A stretch of 64,000 nt of DNA. It comes from Octopus sinensis (taxonomy: Eukaryota). Each line of letters starts with the position of its first letter. Positions within the stretch are counted from its first letter, which is position 1. Below are positions 60,651-64,000 of the stretch, piece after piece. The translations under genes were made by a program, and so were the position numbers. A model generated the notes under the pieces. The model made no database searches and was not told where the DNA came from. It saw only the letters and a program-made list of their open reading frames with translations. The stretch spans positions 10,354,001 through 10,418,000 of the forward strand of contig NC_043016.1 in assembly GCF_006345805.1 (NCBI RefSeq), in the 5' to 3' direction.

Positions 60651-61006
60651 TCACTGAGTAACGTAATTAGGTAGAGGAAAGAAATACAGATATTCTAGAG
60701 TTGAGTTGGGGAGGGGGAGGTCCAGTTGAGGCGGGTAAATATAGGAGGGCAACCAGTGGGGAAGGTTGGGGTAAGGAGGAACGATGGCAGGAAGGGTTGG
60801 TGTAGGTTCCTAAGAAATAAAGACATTCGTTATCGTCACTGAGTAACGTTATTAGTAGAGGAAAGAATAAGATATTCGAGAGTTGAGTTGGGGAGAGGGG
60901 GGTCCAGTTGAGGCGGGTAATATAGGGGAGCAACCAGTGGGGAAGGTTGGGGTAAGGAGGACGATGGCAGGAAGGGTTGGTGTAGGTTCCTAAGAAATAA
61001 AAACAT
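60651..61006. repeat. Two tandem ~185-bp G-rich units
   Basis: tcactgagtaacgt...gtaggttcctaagaaataaa starts at 60651 and again at 60836. Confidence 0.92.
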
Positions 61007-61331
61007 AGGATATTACGAGGCGGGAGGGAATGAGGCAGTGTCAGGAGGAAGCATAAGATCGGTGGGCAGTTGATGAGCTATGGCGCTAGCAGCTTGTCTT
61101 TCACAGTGAAAGCATATGAGGAGAAGGGGTAGTGGGGGGAGGGGAGGGAGTAGGCGTACCCGGTGTAGATGAGTAAGGCGTATCGGTGTAGATGGTGAGG
61201 ACAGGGTAACTTGTATTGGGGGTGGGAGGTGAGGAGGAAACAGTGTTCACCGGTATTGGTGGTGGGGGTGAGAACATGTTCATCGGTATTGGTGGTGGGG
61301 GTGGGGGGGGGGGGGGGGGCGGGGCACCACC

Positions 61332-64000
61332 AATGGCTGAAAGAATGGGAAGAGATAGGATTACGGCTTGAGGTAGCCTGGCCTAAGGTTAAATTTTGTA
61401 GAGAGAGAGATAGAAAGATAAATCAAGTTATGGCGAAGGCTTGAAAGTAGCCTAAAAGGTTAAATTTTCGTAACAATGTATGAAGAAACGTAGTAACAAC
61501 GAATAAAATAGTAAGATAAATTTTTAAGAACTTGCTGCGGACATCGAACGGGAGTTGAAATTGAATTGGGAATTTAAATTATAGAATCGTAATGGTGAGG
61601 AGGAGGAAAAAAGACCGCCAAATGGCTGAAAGATGGGAAGAGATAGGATTACGGCTTGAGGTAGCCTGGCCTAAGGTTAAATTTTGTAGAGAGAGAGATA
61701 GAAAGATAAATCAAGTTATGGCGAAGGCTTGAAAGTAGCCTAAAGGTTAAATTTTCGTAACAATGTATGAAGAAACGTAGTAAAAAGTAACAACGAATAA
61801 ATAGTAAGATAAATTTTTAAGAACTTGCTGCGGACATCGAACGGGAGTTGAAATTGAATTGGGAATTTAAATTATAGAATCGTAATGGTGAGAGGAGGAA
61901 AAAAAGACCGCCAATGGCTGAAAGATGGGAAGAGATAGGATTACGGCTTGAGGTAGCCTGGCCTAAGGTTAAATTTTGTAGAGAGAGAGATAGAAAGATA
62001 AATCAAGTTATGGCGAAGGCTTGAAAGTAGCCTAAAAGGTTAATTTTCGTAACAATGTATGAAGAAACGTAGTAACAACGAATAAAATAGTAAGATAAAT
62101 TTTAAGAACTTGCTGCGGACATCGAACGGAGTTGAAATTGAATTGGGAATTTAAATTATAGAATCGTAATGGTGAGTGAGAGGAGGAAAAAAGACCGCCA
62201 AATGGCTGATGAAAGATGGGAAGAGATAGGAGTTACGGCTTGAGGTAGCCTGGCCTAAGGTTAAATTTTGTAGAGAGAGAGATAGAAAGATAAATCAAGT
62301 TATGGCGAAGGCTTGAAAGTAGCCTAAAAGGTTAAATTTCGTAACAATGTATGAAGAAACGTAGTAAAACGAATAAAATAGTAAGATAAATTTTTAAGAA
62401 CTTGCTGCGGACATCGAACGGGAGTTGAAATTGAATTGGGAATTTAAATTATAGAATCGTAATGGTGAGAGGAGAAAAAAAAGACCGCCAAATGGCTGAA
62501 AGATGGGAAGAGATAGGATTACGGCTTGAGGTAGCCTGGCCTAAGGTTAAATTTTGTAGAGAGAGAGATAGAAAGATAAATCAAGTTATGGCGAAGGCTT
62601 GAAAGTAGCCTAAAAGGTTAAATTTTCGTAACAATGTATGAGAAGAAACGTAGTAACACAACGAATAAAATAGTAAGATAAATTTTTAAGAACTTGCTGC
62701 GGACATCGAACGGGAGTTGAATTGAATTGGGAATTTAAATTATAGAATCGTAATGGTGAGAGGAGGAAAAAAAGACCGCCAAAGGCTGAAAGATGGGAAG
62801 AGAATAGAGATTACGGGCTTGAGGTAGCCTGGCCTAAGGTTAAATTTTGTAGAGAGAGAGATAGAAAGATAAATCAAGTTATGGCGAGGCTTGAAAGTAG
62901 CCTAAAAGGTTAAATTTTCGTAACAATGTATGAAGAAACGTAGTAACAACGAATAAAATAGTAAGATAATAAATTTTTAAGAACTTGCTGCGGACATCGA
63001 ACGGGAGTTGAAATTGAATTGGGAATTTAAATTATAGAATCGTAATGGTGAGAGGAGGAAAAAAAGACCGCCAAATGGCTGAAAGATGGAAGAGATAGGA
63101 TTACGGCTTGAGGTAGCCTGGCCTAAGGTTAAATTTTGTAGGAGAGAGATAGAAAGATAAATCAAGTTATGGCGAAGGCTTGAAAGTAGCCTAAAAGGTT
63201 AAATTTTCGTAACAATGTATGAAGAAACGTAGTAACAACGAATAAAATAGTAAGATAAATTTTTAAGAACTTGCTGCGGACATCGAACGCGAACGGGAAG
63301 TTGAAATTGAATTGGGAATTTAAATTATAGAATCGTAATGGTGAGAGGAGGAAAAAGACCGCCCCCCCAAATGGCTGAAAGATGGGAAGAGATAGGATTA
63401 CGGCTTGAGGTAGCCTGGCCTAAGGTTAAATTTTGTAGAGAGAGAGATAGAAAGATAAATCAAGTTATGGCGAAGGCTTGAAAGTAGCCTAAAAGGTTAA
63501 ATTTTCGTAACAATGTATGAAGAAACGTAGTAACAACGAATAAAATAGTAAGATAAATTTTAAGAACTTGCTGCGGACATCGAACGGGAGTTGAAATTGA
63601 ATTGGGAATTAAATTATAGAATCGTAATGGTGAGAGGAGAAAAAAAGACCGCCAAATGGCTGAAAGATGGGAAGAGATAGGATTACGGCTTGAGGTAGCC
63701 TGGCCTAAGGTTAAATTTTGTAGAGAGAGAGATAGAAAGATAAATCAAGTTATGGCGAAGGCTTGAAAGTAGCCTAAAGGTTAAATTTTCGTAACAATGT
63801 ATGAAGAAACGTAGTAACAACGAATAAAATAGTAAGATAAATTTTTAAGAACTTGCTGCGGACATCGAACGGGAGTTGAAATTGAATTGGGAATTTAAAT
63901 TATAGAATCGTAATGGTGAGAGGAGGAAAAAAAGACCGCCAAATGGCTGAAAGATGGAAGAGATAGGATTACGGCTGAGGTAGCCTGGCCTAAGGTTAAA
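61332..64000. repeat. ~290-bp satellite, 9 full units plus a partial tenth running off the window
   Basis: aatggctgaaagatgggaag starts near 61332, 61621, 61913, 62201, 62491, 62782, 63074, 63370, 63655 and 63942; units differ mainly by 1-5 bp indels. Confidence 0.97.

Noticed and set aside
61332-64000. CRISPR array, or hammerhead-containing satellite (CTGAAAGA, GAAACGTA)
   Set aside because: There are no variable spacers. The two motifs are ~150 bp apart without a stem II or matching stem I.

Overview
This is AT-rich, microsatellite-dense eukaryotic DNA. Its repeat content is consistent with an octopus (coleoid cephalopod) genome; that is an inference from recognised repeat families, not a database result. 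The only host coding sequence I can support is one 109-bp internal exon (6359-6467, +) of a prohormone convertase 2 (PCSK2/PC2) gene, carrying the catalytic-Asp IMDDG motif. I could not find any other exon, so the rest of the window appears to be intronic. It is filled with tRNA-derived SINEs, RTE, R4/Dong-like and HERO-like LINE fragments, non-autonomous Helitrons, and piggyBac, hAT and mariner MITEs. It also holds a 30/60-bp minisatellite, a 7 x 185-bp SINE-derived tandem array, a 100-N gap and a terminal ~290-bp satellite. The most striking signal is a set of short repeats with minimal type I hammerhead-ribozyme architecture from several unrelated families, most with variant cores. One family appears to be a composite of a tRNA-like Pol III head, (AAT)n and a hammerhead. 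A second theme is repeated insertion of RLE-type retrotransposons and a ~550-bp passenger element into (TAA)n tracts. Family labels A, B and C are my own working names. Repeat boundaries were read by eye and are approximate unless a TSD is quoted.
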